Counted from the first letter of the stretch, positions 48,906 to 58,852 are shown. The stretch is 64,000 bases of DNA from a bacterium (GCA_009991595.1 JAACVK010000027.1:22587-86586); one strand, 5' to 3'. Notes: a model not told the origin generated them from the sequence alone. Numbers and translations are program-made.

Positions 48906-49663
48906 TGAATAGTTCAGCAGCAGCAATTTCATTCAGAGGTGTTCATAAGCAGTTCTCTTTAGATCAGGCCCCTGTTTTAGCCGGACTTGATTTAGATATA
49001 AAGCAGGGAGAGATACACGTCCTCATTGGGTTTTCTGGGACCGGGAAGTCGGTCACCATTAAACATGCCTTAGGATTGATGAAGCCAGATTCGGGCCAAG
49101 TGAGTGTTTTTGGGAGCGAGATCGCTGAGCTGAACGATTATCAGCTTCGTGAAATGCGCATGAATTTTGGAATGCTCTTTCAGGGGGTTGCTCTGTTCGA
49201 CAGTTTAAGTGTGTATGAGAACATTGCTTTTCCTTTGAGGGAGCATCGCAAGGAAATGTCTGAACAAGAAATACGACATCGAGTTGAGGAGCTCTTGCTC
49301 AAGGTCGAGTTAGAGAAAGCCATTCAGAAAATGCCGGAGGAATTGTCGGGTGGAATGAAGAAGCGAGTTGGCTTAGCAAGAGCAATGGCTCTTAAGCCGA
49401 AGATTCTTATCTGTGATGAGCCCACGACCGGTTTGGACCCTGTAACCGCTCAAGTCATTGACACCTTGATAGAGAAGTCAACTCGAGAGGTTAATGCAAG
49501 TGCATTTTTAGTGAGTCACGACATACATGCCGCGATTCGCATTGCCGATAGAATTAGTATGATTTTGGAAGGTAAAATCATAATTACGGAATCACCAGAA
49601 GGTTTCAAAAGATCACAACATCCAGTTGTGTTACAGTTTTTAGAAAGTGCGGGGGTAGTATGA
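48902..49663 (+). CDS. mlaF: MlaF-like ABC transporter ATP-binding protein
   Basis: 253 aa; Walker A GFSGTGKS, signature LSGGMKKRVGLARA, Walker B ILICDEP. Confidence 0.9.
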   Translation: MMNSSAAAISFRGVHKQFSLDQAPVLAGLDLDIKQGEIHVLIGFSGTGKSVTIKHALGLMKPDSGQVSVFGSEIAELNDYQLREMRMNFGMLFQGVALFDSLSVYENIAFPLREHRKEMSEQEIRHRVEELLLKVELEKAIQKMPEELSGGMKKRVGLARAMALKPKILICDEPTTGLDPVTAQVIDTLIEKSTREVNASAFLVSHDIHAAIRIADRISMILEGKIIITESPEGFKRSQHPVVLQFLESAGVV

Positions 49664-51078
49664 GGGAACCATCTAAGGGTTTTGATCGAGAGCTACAAGT
49701 AGGGCTCTTTGTCTTCCTCTCTTGTTTGATTATAGCGGCCTTTTCATTTCGGATTACGGATTCACCAATATTTCGGAAGGGAAATGATTTTGTCGTTTAT
49801 TTGAGTGATGCGACCGGTATCTTTAAAAACTCAAAAGTGAAAATGGCTGGTATTGACATTGGTATTATAAAGAAGATCGAGCTTGATGACGGGAAGGCAA
49901 GGATTACGATTCTCGTGGATGAAGGGAATGTTATTCCAGAAGGTTCCATTGTCGTTCCTCGGCCGTTGGGTATTTTAGGTGATAAATATTTGGAGGTTCA
50001 GCTACCGAAGGCCCAAGGAGAGCCAGAGGCTAGTAACGGCAAATATCGTTCACGAAGTTTGTTGGACTGGATATTCCCAAGTGCAGTCGCTGAAGAGGCT
50101 AGAAAAAATTACAAGTCAGGCGATGTTTTGCAGTCTAAGGAAAGTGCTGCAACGATGGACGACGTTCTTAAGAAGGTGGGTGATGCCAGCACTGACTTAA
50201 AAGACATTTCCCATGAGGTTAAGGGCTTCGTTAAAGACAATCGGAAAGAGCTTACTGAGTTTATTTCTTCTTTAAATAGAATCTCATCAAAGATAGAGAA
50301 CACTCTAAACGATCTAGATTCCGATAAGATTAGTGCAGACATTAAAAGACTAAGTGAGGCGGCAGGAGAGCTAGGGGAAAGTGCCAAGAACGTTAGAAAG
50401 ATAACAGAGAAAATTGATCGAGGAGAAGGGACGATTGGAAAACTCGTGAACGACCCCGAGACGGTCGACCAGCTCAATCGAACCTTAAACACGATTAATG
50501 CTGTTGTAGAGCGAGCAAGGCGCACACGAATTATTGTGGACATCTATGGGGAGCAACTCTTTGATGATTCGGTTACTAAAACTTACGCTGGATTTTCGAT
50601 TATGCCTCGTGAAGACGTTGGCTATAGGGCGCAGCTTGTTTTTGACCCAGCCGGAACTGAGGAAAATACGGTCACCGAAGAGTCTGTAAACGGTGGCGCT
50701 ACAACGACAACTACAAAACGGGTGACGACTCTTAATGAACTTAAATATTCACTGCAGTTCATCAAAAAAGTGGGGCCTATGGGTATTCGACTCGGTGTTT
50801 TTGAATCTTCAGGGGGGTTTGCATTGGACTGGGAAGCTTGGAGGAAAACACTTTGGTTAAGTGTTGAGGCTTTCGACTTTGGGCGAGATGCTAACAATGC
50901 ACACGTTAAGGCTTATGCAACGGTCAACTTTCTTCGATATTTTAATTTAAGTGCAGGTGTTGATGATGCCTTTGCGAAAACGGGGGCTTCAAGAGAACGT
51001 TCCTTTTTTGCTGGAATCGGACTTCATTTTGACGACGAAGACATTAAGATGCTCTTTGTCTTGCCGGGAGTGCCTTAA
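49660..51078 (+). CDS. mlaD: MCE/MlaD-domain protein with long C-terminal extension
   Basis: 472 aa. N-terminal TM, then an MCE domain (VYLSDATGIFKNSKVKMAGIDIGIIKKIELDDGKARITI), then ~330 further residues. Confidence 0.8.
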   Translation: MREPSKGFDRELQVGLFVFLSCLIIAAFSFRITDSPIFRKGNDFVVYLSDATGIFKNSKVKMAGIDIGIIKKIELDDGKARITILVDEGNVIPEGSIVVPRPLGILGDKYLEVQLPKAQGEPEASNGKYRSRSLLDWIFPSAVAEEARKNYKSGDVLQSKESAATMDDVLKKVGDASTDLKDISHEVKGFVKDNRKELTEFISSLNRISSKIENTLNDLDSDKISADIKRLSEAAGELGESAKNVRKITEKIDRGEGTIGKLVNDPETVDQLNRTLNTINAVVERARRTRIIVDIYGEQLFDDSVTKTYAGFSIMPREDVGYRAQLVFDPAGTEENTVTEESVNGGATTTTTKRVTTLNELKYSLQFIKKVGPMGIRLGVFESSGGFALDWEAWRKTLWLSVEAFDFGRDANNAHVKAYATVNFLRYFNLSAGVDDAFAKTGASRERSFFAGIGLHFDDEDIKMLFVLPGVP

Positions 51079-53054
51079 TGACAAAAAAGAAGAAGACCTC
51101 TAAGAAGGATTTTTCGAACATTACCCATACGGATTTGTCGATGACAAGCGGTGGCTCTAGCGAGTTAGATGATTTGTTAGGCGCGAAAGCTCTAATAAAG
51201 CAGGATGAACCGGCGGCTTTGTTGCGAGTTCTTCCTGGTCGTTTGAATGATGATCTGAAAAAGCGATTAAGTGTTCGCTTGTCCATCGAAGACATCAATC
51301 AAGTGGGGATTCATCCTATAGTTCTTGGTCCGATTGCAGCAGACCTTTTGCACTCTTTGGCTTGTGCGGGATCGTTGGGGTCCCGAGATCAAGTTCTTTT
51401 GGCAGACAATCGTTGGCGCGAACTTGTTGATGTTTACCCAGATTTAAAGGGATTGATTCTAGAGGGCGATGACCTAACTTACACAGCCACGGAGACTTTA
51501 ACCGAGGCTTCTACTAGCGATAAGGAAGACTCCACTTTTACGGGTTCTTATAATGAGGCTGAGGCTTTGGAGTTGGAAGGGGTTCCTGCTCCTTCTAACC
51601 AGGTTGAAGCTCGTGAATCTATTACATCGGTCAGCCATGTTGTTGCTAAGCGGCCAGCGGCAGCGAGTGCCCAGAAGCGAAGCGCACATTTTAATAAAGC
51701 TGCTGAGCATACGCGAGAAATAGACACGCGAATTTGGTTGCTTCCGGTGGCGGTGCTTCTTGTTGGCCTGTTTGTTTGGCAGTGGCCCTCATTGAAAGAG
51801 AATCGAGAGGAAGATCCAGCAAAAGCGGGTGTTGAGTTTAGGCGGAGGATGGACGAGAAGAGGATTGCGATGCTTCCTGATAACTTGAAGCCAAAGCCAG
51901 TTTCGAATCTATTCGACGGTCAAAGCGTTTTACAGAGAAAGTTAAGACCCTATATGGAGAGTTACGAACGAGGGAGTTTGTATCTGAATCAGGAGGCCAT
52001 TCGTGTCATTGAAGGAATCTCTAGCCCTGCTTCAGCGTCCTTTCAAGCCAGGGTTTCGGCAACAAATCTATTAGCCGTGCAGGCTATTGGGAAGGCTCAG
52101 TATACTGAGGCGAGGAGATTGTTGTCTCCAATTTTAATAGCAGCTCCAACGGATGTTGTTTCTTTGCTTAACTCGGCAATACTAGAGTTGGCTTCGGGAA
52201 ACCTTCCAGAGGCAAGACGTTTGGCTGTTTCTGCACAAAGACTGTGTGGGTCACCTCATTGCTGGTTGGCTTATAGTTTGCTTGGAACCATCGAAGCCCA
52301 GCAGGGTAGATATGAACAATCCAAACTACTGTTTGATAGTGCCTTAGCTTCAAATCAAAATATTTTGGTTTATGGAATGTGGATGGCAACTTTTGAAGAG
52401 GCCCCAAGGAATTTACAGGTAAAACTAGATGCCTTACTTAAGCGCGCTATCTGGACCGATCCAGATCGTCATTTAGACTCGCCTCTGAGAGCGCCAGTCG
52501 CCTTACATTGGGTTTATTCTGTTGCTTCAGACGGATGGCGTTCGGCTAGCGGATTTACCTCTGCTTTAAGTTCTGGTCAGAAAAAGTATGTGCAGTGGTT
52601 GTTGGGCAGTAATCCTTTTGTTCCTTTGACGGAGTCTTTGGAGGCAGTTGCCAAGGATCTAGCGCGGGAAGAGAGCTCTCTTTCCCAAACTTTATATGCT
52701 TATGTCTTAAAAGAATTAGGAAAATTTGAAGACGCTTCTCAAGTTTTATCTAGGAGTATTCAACTTGTGGACTACTCTCAAACCAGGAGCTCTTGGCCAT
52801 GGACCTTGGCTGGGAATGTAAACGAAGAGCGTGAGATGATTGATCAGGCCATTTATTATTATCAAAACGCTTTAAGCCGCAATCCTCGTGATGTGAACTC
52901 CATCTATGGTTTGGCTGTAAGCATGAGAGATAAGGAAGATTATAATGGGGCACTCCAGAAGATTGCAGAAGTTCTTCGTTTGGACCCAAGCTATGCGCCT
53001 GCTATTTTAAGGTTGAGACGCTTAGAGTGGCATAGAAAATGGAATTATAGATAG
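51078..53054 (+). CDS. TPR-repeat membrane protein
   Basis: 658 aa. Start overlaps the mlaD stop (taatg). One internal TM (WLLPVAVLLVGLFVW). The C-terminal TPR-like repeats end AIYYYQNALSRNPRDVNSIYGLAVSM...ALQKIAEVLRLDPSYAPA. Confidence 0.7.
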   Translation: MTKKKKTSKKDFSNITHTDLSMTSGGSSELDDLLGAKALIKQDEPAALLRVLPGRLNDDLKKRLSVRLSIEDINQVGIHPIVLGPIAADLLHSLACAGSLGSRDQVLLADNRWRELVDVYPDLKGLILEGDDLTYTATETLTEASTSDKEDSTFTGSYNEAEALELEGVPAPSNQVEARESITSVSHVVAKRPAAASAQKRSAHFNKAAEHTREIDTRIWLLPVAVLLVGLFVWQWPSLKENREEDPAKAGVEFRRRMDEKRIAMLPDNLKPKPVSNLFDGQSVLQRKLRPYMESYERGSLYLNQEAIRVIEGISSPASASFQARVSATNLLAVQAIGKAQYTEARRLLSPILIAAPTDVVSLLNSAILELASGNLPEARRLAVSAQRLCGSPHCWLAYSLLGTIEAQQGRYEQSKLLFDSALASNQNILVYGMWMATFEEAPRNLQVKLDALLKRAIWTDPDRHLDSPLRAPVALHWVYSVASDGWRSASGFTSALSSGQKKYVQWLLGSNPFVPLTESLEAVAKDLAREESSLSQTLYAYVLKELGKFEDASQVLSRSIQLVDYSQTRSSWPWTLAGNVNEEREMIDQAIYYYQNALSRNPRDVNSIYGLAVSMRDKEDYNGALQKIAEVLRLDPSYAPAILRLRRLEWHRKWNYR

Positions 53055-53092
53055 AAGACTTGAACAGGTGTTTTGATCAATGTTGTTGGGGG

Positions 53093-53386
53093 CTAGAGGG
53101 CGCGAAATTGTATGGCGGATGGAATATCTGTTTCGGCTAATCCACGCTCTTTGAGGATTTTCCTGTAGCTACTCAGTAGGTCTCTTCTCTGGTGAAAGAG
53201 TTCCTGTCTCCAGACTGGATCCGATATGACTAAGCAAAGGGTAAGTTTGTCTTTAATCATGCTAACGCCCCTAAACTCAGAAACCTTTAACAAAGCTGGG
53301 CCGGCAATTTGCCTCCATGTCTCTGCATAGGAGATGAGTTTGTTGCGTGAAATCGCTTCACTGAGACGGAATATGGGTCGTTGCAT
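53093..53386 (-). CDS. DUF721 (DciA-like) protein
   Basis: 97 aa; TWRQIAGPALLKVSEFRGVSMIKDKLTLCLVISDPVWRQELFHQRRDLL fits the DUF721 pattern as I remember it. Confidence 0.55.
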   Translation of the reverse strand: MQRPIFRLSEAISRNKLISYAETWRQIAGPALLKVSEFRGVSMIKDKLTLCLVISDPVWRQELFHQRRDLLSSYRKILKERGLAETDIPSAIQFRAL

Positions 53387-53586
53387 GCTTATTTAAAGCT
53401 TTAAGGGTTCAGGTTTATCTTGTCATCTGTAAAGCACTAACTTGCGAGAAACGGCTATAAAAAGCAACACTTTAGCTTGGCGCGTTGTAAATGGGGGGGG
53501 TGAGTGATGTTCAGGAGCATTTGATAAAAGATACTCGCCATTTGTTCTACTCAAGATGCTCTCTACTTGATAGAACTAGGCGCTCA

Positions 53587-54201
53587 ATGAATAAGTTCGT
53601 GTTCCCTCTTTTGCTTGCACTTCTTTTTGGCTGTGGTTACAGAGTTGCCCAAGACGAAGTGAAGATTGATATAGGGGATGGGCAATTCCTTAAAAACCCT
53701 AGAATTTTTATCCCAATTTTTGATAACACAACTGCTTATACAGAGGCTGAACCAGAGCTTACTCGTGCAATAAGAAACACTCTTCAATCTCAGCGCGGTC
53801 TTGAAGTTGTGAACAATCGATCCAATGCAAATTTAATCTTGTTGGGAAATGTTGTTAGTTTTCAGAGAAAGCGTGATGAGTCGTCAACGACAAAGGGCAC
53901 GATGGATTCTGAAGATAGCGGTGGAATTGCTGATGGAGAGCTTGTTTCACCTGCAATTACGATCGACGTGTCTGTGGATTTATCTTTAATCTATCCGGAT
54001 TCGAAATTGGGCGTTGATAAACTCCTTTGGATGAGAAATTTCTCCCGTTCCGCGACCTATCGAAGTTCTGAGCGTTTGATTCTTAGTGAAGGGGCTTCGG
54101 CTGCTCCGTTTATCAATCGATCTCGTGAAAAGTTGAGTTTAAAGCGTTTGAGTGAACAAATGGCCGATGAAGTAGTCGATCAAGTAAAGCAGGATTTTTG
54201 A
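53587..54201 (+). CDS. lptE: LPS-assembly lipoprotein LptE-like
   Basis: 204 aa from the ATG at 53587. Lipobox LLFGCGYRV. It sits immediately upstream of a holA-like gene, the conserved lptE-holA pairing. Confidence 0.6.
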   Translation: MNKFVFPLLLALLFGCGYRVAQDEVKIDIGDGQFLKNPRIFIPIFDNTTAYTEAEPELTRAIRNTLQSQRGLEVVNNRSNANLILLGNVVSFQRKRDESSTTKGTMDSEDSGGIADGELVSPAITIDVSVDLSLIYPDSKLGVDKLLWMRNFSRSATYRSSERLILSEGASAAPFINRSREKLSLKRLSEQMADEVVDQVKQDF

Positions 54202-55133
54202 TTGTGAAGAACATGTCGACCTTGTTTGATCAAATCAGTTCTGGGAAAACCCCCCATGGTGTTTGCTTAAGAGGGGAAGATCCATTTTTATTTTCCAAAC
54301 TTTTTTCAGCGTATAGAAAGAATGGTTTGGAGTTAAAGCGTTTTGTTTTACCCGCTGTCGGGCCCGGGGTGGACGTTGAGGCTGAGGCTTTTTCTATGAG
54401 TCTCTTTGGTGGAGGCGTCTTGTTGTGGCTTGAATGTAAAAAGGCCCCGTCGGGTTGGAACAAGGACGCTAAATCTTTGTTTGATAAGATTTTGAACACT
54501 GCAGACGGTCAAGGTTTGGCTGTTGTTTTGGTTATGCCGCAAGACAAGAGAATTAAGACTCCATCTAAGAGTCTTGAGGAATTTAGTTGTGAGTTAAATT
54601 TTAGCGAACGAGCAACCTGGATCGCTAAGATGAATCAGGAAAGAACCGGGTCTCTGGATAAAAAACGTTTAGATTTTTTACTTCATTTTGAAGAACCCTT
54701 GATGGTCATTGATAATTGGATTGAGCTGTGGACCTTGGGTGGTGACTTGTGGGCTAGCTCGGCTTTGGCTTGGGGGGATGTAGATTCTCTAAATGGAGCG
54801 TTGGCTCTTAAGGGTGAGAACCCTGCTTTTGCGTGGGTTGATTCGGTGGTTGAAGGAAATGGACCAAGGGCCATGCGCTTGTTGGAGCATTTGCTAGATC
54901 AAGGCAGTGACCCTATCCAGCTGACGGCGTTGCTGGCCAAAAGTGCTCGAATTTTAGCCAGTGTTGTTGCCAGAGAGTCGACTTCTGGCTTTCCTCCTTT
55001 TTTAGTAAAAAAACTTCAGTATAAAGGTTCTGCTAGAAGTTTAGATCTCTTAAAGAAATGCGCTGAATTGGATGTGGCTCTTAAGTCGAGCCCCAAAGAC
55101 GCTCGAGCCATGCTCCTTCGATTGTGTGTGTAG
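54198..55133 (+). CDS. holA: DNA polymerase III delta subunit-like
   Basis: ~311 aa. The call rests on position after lptE, length and helical C-terminal pattern. The start is ambiguous (TTG 54198, GTG 54204 or ATG 54213). Confidence 0.55.
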   Translation: MIVKNMSTLFDQISSGKTPHGVCLRGEDPFLFSKLFSAYRKNGLELKRFVLPAVGPGVDVEAEAFSMSLFGGGVLLWLECKKAPSGWNKDAKSLFDKILNTADGQGLAVVLVMPQDKRIKTPSKSLEEFSCELNFSERATWIAKMNQERTGSLDKKRLDFLLHFEEPLMVIDNWIELWTLGGDLWASSALAWGDVDSLNGALALKGENPAFAWVDSVVEGNGPRAMRLLEHLLDQGSDPIQLTALLAKSARILASVVARESTSGFPPFLVKKLQYKGSARSLDLLKKCAELDVALKSSPKDARAMLLRLCV

Positions 55134-55141
55134 GTTTTGAG

Positions 55142-55651
55142 TTAGAGCCCTAATCTGTTTTCAATTTCAATAACTTTTTCTAAACTTTGATTGTGGAATT
55201 TCACGCTGTTTCCAGAAGGAAGCTTAAGGGCGACTTCCGGATTGAGGTTTTTGTTCATTGCTCTTGTGTCGAAATTTAAGTTCGGAAACTGGGAGATGAA
55301 CTCCGCTAAGGGAGTTGGGGTGACGCATTCAATGTGCTCAAGGCCCAATGGATAGGGGGAATTTTCTTTAGGGAAAGGGACTTCTATGCAAAAGATTTCT
55401 TTGTCTAAAGTCTTAATAGCCTTGTGCAGCTTAAAAGTTGAGATGGGGCGACCGTTGATGAGGGCTTCTGATAGGAGTGTTCCTCGCGTGGAAAGTTGTT
55501 GGGTGTATATTTTATACTCTTCATCGCTAGAGACCCTTAAGCAAAAATGGTCGATTTCCAGAGTATAAACATCGAGCCCAAGGCCCAGGGCTTCTTTGCA
55601 GACAGATTCAATAAAATCGGGGGCGTCTTTTAAGTATGAGTCAATCTCCAT
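55142..55651 (-). CDS. YecM-like VOC-superfamily protein
   Basis: 169 aa; IDHFCLRVSSDEEY...GTLLSEALINGRPISTFKL...LGLEHIECV resembles E. coli YecM as I remember it. Confidence 0.55.
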   Translation of the reverse strand: MEIDSYLKDAPDFIESVCKEALGLGLDVYTLEIDHFCLRVSSDEEYKIYTQQLSTRGTLLSEALINGRPISTFKLHKAIKTLDKEIFCIEVPFPKENSPYPLGLEHIECVTPTPLAEFISQFPNLNFDTRAMNKNLNPEVALKLPSGNSVKFHNQSLEKVIEIENRLGL

Positions 55652-55670
55652 AAAAGATGAACTAACATAG

Positions 55671-55711
55671 ATGCCCGGAACACTCTAGATTGAGGACAGT
55701 GTTCCGGGCAT
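55671..55711 (-). terminator. Hairpin downstream of the 55727-56218 gene
   Basis: 14-bp perfect stem atgcccggaacact / agtgttccgggcat with a 13-nt loop. There is no clear U-tract. Confidence 0.5.
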
Positions 55712-55726
55712 TGGGGATCTATGGTT

Positions 55727-56218
55727 TTATTCTAAGCCACGTTCAATGCTTAGAATGAGGCGGTAGGCGTCGTTGTGTCGTCCAGCTTGCATGTAAGATC
55801 GAACTAAGGCTAACTGCTCTTTTAGGAGGGTGTTGTCGTTGTCATCTTCCTCAGGAACAATTTTTACAGGAGTGCCCATCTCTGTGATGCAATCGATAAA
55901 GTTGTATGTTTTGGCTTTGCAAACACTAACCTCTTCTTCGATATAAAACTTATTCAAAGCTTCTTCAGCACACTCGAGTTTGTCGTATGTTTTTGAAAAA
56001 CACAGAGAGGAAACCTTTGGGTCAAGGTAGGTAGCGTCTTTGATGGAATTCATGCAATCAGAGCTATCGTATTTGAGCTTTTGACATTCAATGCGAGCCT
56101 TGACCATAGACTCGGTGGCATCTTTTTGGGTTATTGGATGAGTAAGGTTAGCAGCGTTGCCGTGTAGGCTTAGGGTGGTTAGGGCGATGGCTACTGTTTT
56201 GATTATAATGTATTTCAT
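55727..56218 (-). CDS. Hypothetical secreted Cys-containing protein
   Basis: 163 aa with signal peptide MKYIIIKTVAIALTTLSLHGNA and SD aaggagag upstream. Confidence 0.6.
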   Translation of the reverse strand: MKYIIIKTVAIALTTLSLHGNAANLTHPITQKDATESMVKARIECQKLKYDSSDCMNSIKDATYLDPKVSSLCFSKTYDKLECAEEALNKFYIEEEVSVCKAKTYNFIDCITEMGTPVKIVPEEDDNDNTLLKEQLALVRSYMQAGRHNDAYRLILSIERGLE

Positions 56219-56355
56219 GTTTTCTCTCCTTCTAAAGTAAAAACTAAGAAGAATGATTCAATAGACGTGCCAGCTATAAGAGATTGTATTTAAAGGGTCA
56301 GCATTGAGGGGAAGTGGGACACTGTCAAATTTGTCAGACGAAGTTTTCGTTTAGA

Positions 56356-56904
56356 TTAGAACCAGGGGTTGCTGAAACACTCTGGCGACATGTTTGAAGC
56401 CCAACCGCTAATAAAGTTAGCCTTGGAAATTCCGCCCGAGCTGTGCGAGGAAATTAGATTGTTTGAGTCGTAGACCAGTCCAATGTGGCCGGACCAACCA
56501 ATAAGGTCACCGGGTTTGGCCTCTCTGCAACTTATTTTTAATCCTCTAGATCGTAAATAGTTTCTATAGGTGGTGCTAGTTCGATAAGAAATAGTGTCTT
56601 TACCGAGTGCACTCAGGGTTTTGTTAATCATGGCAGTGGTCGCGTGGGAACAGTCCCAACCTTTGGGTCCGTTTCCATTGTAAACATAATAGGTTTTAAG
56701 CTCTAACATTTGATTTGCTATAGATAGAAAGGTGGCTCGTGGAGTGCTGCTTTTAGATTCTCCCTTTTTTTCCTGATTGGTGGCACGGCTTTCGGAGGGG
56801 GCTTTGTGCCTTTGGGCAAAACTTGATGGAGAGAGGAGTAGGGTGGTGCTCAATAGGACTAAGGTTAGTCCTGTGTGTGCCCCCAATTTTTTGGTCAAAA
56901 GCAT
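56356..56904 (-). CDS. NlpC/P60 (C40) family peptidoglycan endopeptidase-like protein
   Basis: 182 aa with a signal peptide. Candidate catalytic Cys in GWDCSHAT and His in GDLIGWSGHIGLVY. Confidence 0.7.
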   Translation of the reverse strand: MLLTKKLGAHTGLTLVLLSTTLLLSPSSFAQRHKAPSESRATNQEKKGESKSSTPRATFLSIANQMLELKTYYVYNGNGPKGWDCSHATTAMINKTLSALGKDTISYRTSTTYRNYLRSRGLKISCREAKPGDLIGWSGHIGLVYDSNNLISSHSSGGISKANFISGWASNMSPECFSNPWF

Positions 56905-56943
56905 AGTTCTATAATATCTGCGAAACTGTTACTCTTGTGAGTA

Positions 56944-57513
56944 ATGAAACCGTCAATTAACGCCAAGATTTTGCTGCTGGGAGCAGTTTTAGTATCTTGT
57001 AGCTGGAGAGGTCCGGCGAGTTCTGATTCTGGCCGCGCACCCTCTTCTGCTGAAGGCGCCCTCAATTCGGGTGAGCTGGAGGCGCCGGCTGCTAAAGTTT
57101 TGGGTCAGTATTTGGCCTTGCTAAATGAAGGCTCCTTTTTAACTCGTGAGCAGGCCCATGAAAAACTTGAAAAGATTCCAGCCAACGAAAAAGATCTCAG
57201 TGGAAAAGATGTTGCTTATATTTTTAATGCCTCTCAAATGAGAGCTGTCTCAGGGAGCGAGAGCCTTAAAAGTGTGTTGATTGAGTATCGAGTTGTTGGA
57301 AGCGTTGACTCAGAGGCTGGCTTTCAGCAAATACCTGAGGTGGCGGTTTTTGCCTTGTTTAATTTACAAAAGATTAAAAATAATTGGCGAATTGTGCATC
57401 GTAAATACTTTCACGACGAGTATGTGGGGCCTTTTTTGAATGTCGATGCGGGAGTTCGTGAGCTTGTTAAAATCAACAAGCCCACTTCGAGCCTTGAATC
57501 TCTAAAAAATTAA
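56944..57513 (+). CDS. Hypothetical lipoprotein
   Basis: 189 aa; lipobox LLGAVLVSC. Confidence 0.6.
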   Translation: MKPSINAKILLLGAVLVSCSWRGPASSDSGRAPSSAEGALNSGELEAPAAKVLGQYLALLNEGSFLTREQAHEKLEKIPANEKDLSGKDVAYIFNASQMRAVSGSESLKSVLIEYRVVGSVDSEAGFQQIPEVAVFALFNLQKIKNNWRIVHRKYFHDEYVGPFLNVDAGVRELVKINKPTSSLESLKN

Positions 57514-57542
57514 AAAGCTAAGTGCAGTGGGTGAAAGAAAGC

Positions 57543-57962
57543 TTAGTTGCTCTTCTTTTTGCGACCAGCAGCTTTTTTCTTCTTTTTAGCTCCTACTTTT
57601 TTCTTAGCAGCGGTCTTTTTCTTAGCAGTGCTTTTCTTTTTAGCGGTAGTCTTTTTAGCTGCGTCGTCAGATACAGGTGCTGACTTTCCGGTTACAACTG
57701 AGTTTAAAGCTTGAGTGAGTTTTGAAACTCTTCGCGCAGCAGTCTTCTTGTGAAGAACACCTTTGCTGGCTGCTTTCATCACGATGGAAACAGCTTCTAC
57801 AACGCTGTCTTTAAGTTTATCCGCAGCGTCCTCGCTACCTTCTTGAATCATGCCGTAAGCCTTTTTCAAAGCCGTTTTTACTTGGCTTTTGTGGCTCCTG
57901 TTACGAGCAGTCTTGCGAATTGTTTGTCGAACGCGTTTTTTAGCAGATTTTGTATTAGCCAT
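57543..57962 (-). CDS. rpsT: 30S ribosomal protein S20 with Lys-rich C-terminal tail
   Basis: 139 aa from the ATG at 57962 (MANTKSAKKRVRQ). The ~49-aa tail ends AKKTTAKKKSTAKKKTAAKKKVGAKKKKKAAGRKKKSN. Confidence 0.93.
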   Translation of the reverse strand: MANTKSAKKRVRQTIRKTARNRSHKSQVKTALKKAYGMIQEGSEDAADKLKDSVVEAVSIVMKAASKGVLHKKTAARRVSKLTQALNSVVTGKSAPVSDDAAKKTTAKKKSTAKKKTAAKKKVGAKKKKKAAGRKKKSN

Positions 57963-57999
57963 TGGCTGCAAAATATAGACAAGCCTAGGCTAGTGTCAA

Positions 58000-58776
58000 C
58001 TAAACTTTCACGCTTTGCCAAAGAGATTCGAGTTCATCCATGCTTAAGTCTGTGAGCTGTAGGCCAACTTTAGTGGATTTTTCCTCCATTGCCCTGAAGC
58101 GCGAGACAAACTTCTGGTTGCACTGAGAAACGCAGGTTTCGGCGTTCCAGCCCCTTTTGCGGGCGTATTGGCCAAGAGCAAAAAGAAGATCTCCAAACTC
58201 CTCCTGAGCCTCGGCTTCGTTTTGGCTTGAGTTAATCTCCTCAATTTCCTCAGCGACCTTTGCCAAAACCTGGGTGGCGTTCTCCCAATCAAAGCCAAAT
58301 GAGGCCGCTTTTTCACCAATTCTTTGGGCTCGGGCTAGTGCCCCCATGCTTGCGGGGATCTTTTTTAGGCTCTCCCAGGCGGTCTTTTGGCCACTTTTTT
58401 CCTTTTGCTTACGTTGCTCCCACTGCTTTTCAACGGCAGAGGCGTCTTGGAATCGTTCTGCATTGGGGTCAAACACGTGTGGATGCCGGCGGATGAGCTT
58501 GTCGGCTACCTTGGAGGCCAATTGGTCAAAGCTTGTGATCTGGGCCTCTTCGAGCAGCTGTGCGTGGAAGGCTATTTGAAAAAGTAGATCACCAAGCTCT
58601 TCTTGAAAGTGGGCTGATTGGGGAGATTCCTCTAAAACGGCTTCTTGGTATTCGTGGAGTTCTTCAAAAAAATAGGGAATCAATGTTTTGTGAGTCTGTG
58701 CTTTGTCCCAGGGGCAGCCATGTTTAGGGTCTCGTAATTGACGCATTGTGTTTATAAGTTTTTGAGTTCCATTCAT
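58000..58776 (-). CDS. mazG: Nucleoside triphosphate pyrophosphohydrolase MazG
   Basis: 258 aa; LRDPKHGCPWDKAQTHKTLIPYFFEELHEYQEA, plus a second EEFGDLLF repeat. Confidence 0.9.
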   Translation of the reverse strand: MNGTQKLINTMRQLRDPKHGCPWDKAQTHKTLIPYFFEELHEYQEAVLEESPQSAHFQEELGDLLFQIAFHAQLLEEAQITSFDQLASKVADKLIRRHPHVFDPNAERFQDASAVEKQWEQRKQKEKSGQKTAWESLKKIPASMGALARAQRIGEKAASFGFDWENATQVLAKVAEEIEEINSSQNEAEAQEEFGDLLFALGQYARKRGWNAETCVSQCNQKFVSRFRAMEEKSTKVGLQLTDLSMDELESLWQSVKV

Positions 58777-58852
58777 GAGTCAATCCTCCATCTTGTTGCG
58801 GCGCGTGGTCAAGCTTAACCCTCGTGCTACAATATGCCGATAAGGTTTGTAG

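Noticed and set aside
53394-53405. A 12-bp perfect palindrome, ttaaagctttaa, just upstream of the DUF721 gene start.
   Set aside because: It is short and AT-rich, essentially a HindIII site with TTA/TAA flanks. Such a sequence is expected by chance in AT-rich intergenic DNA, and it has no second copy.
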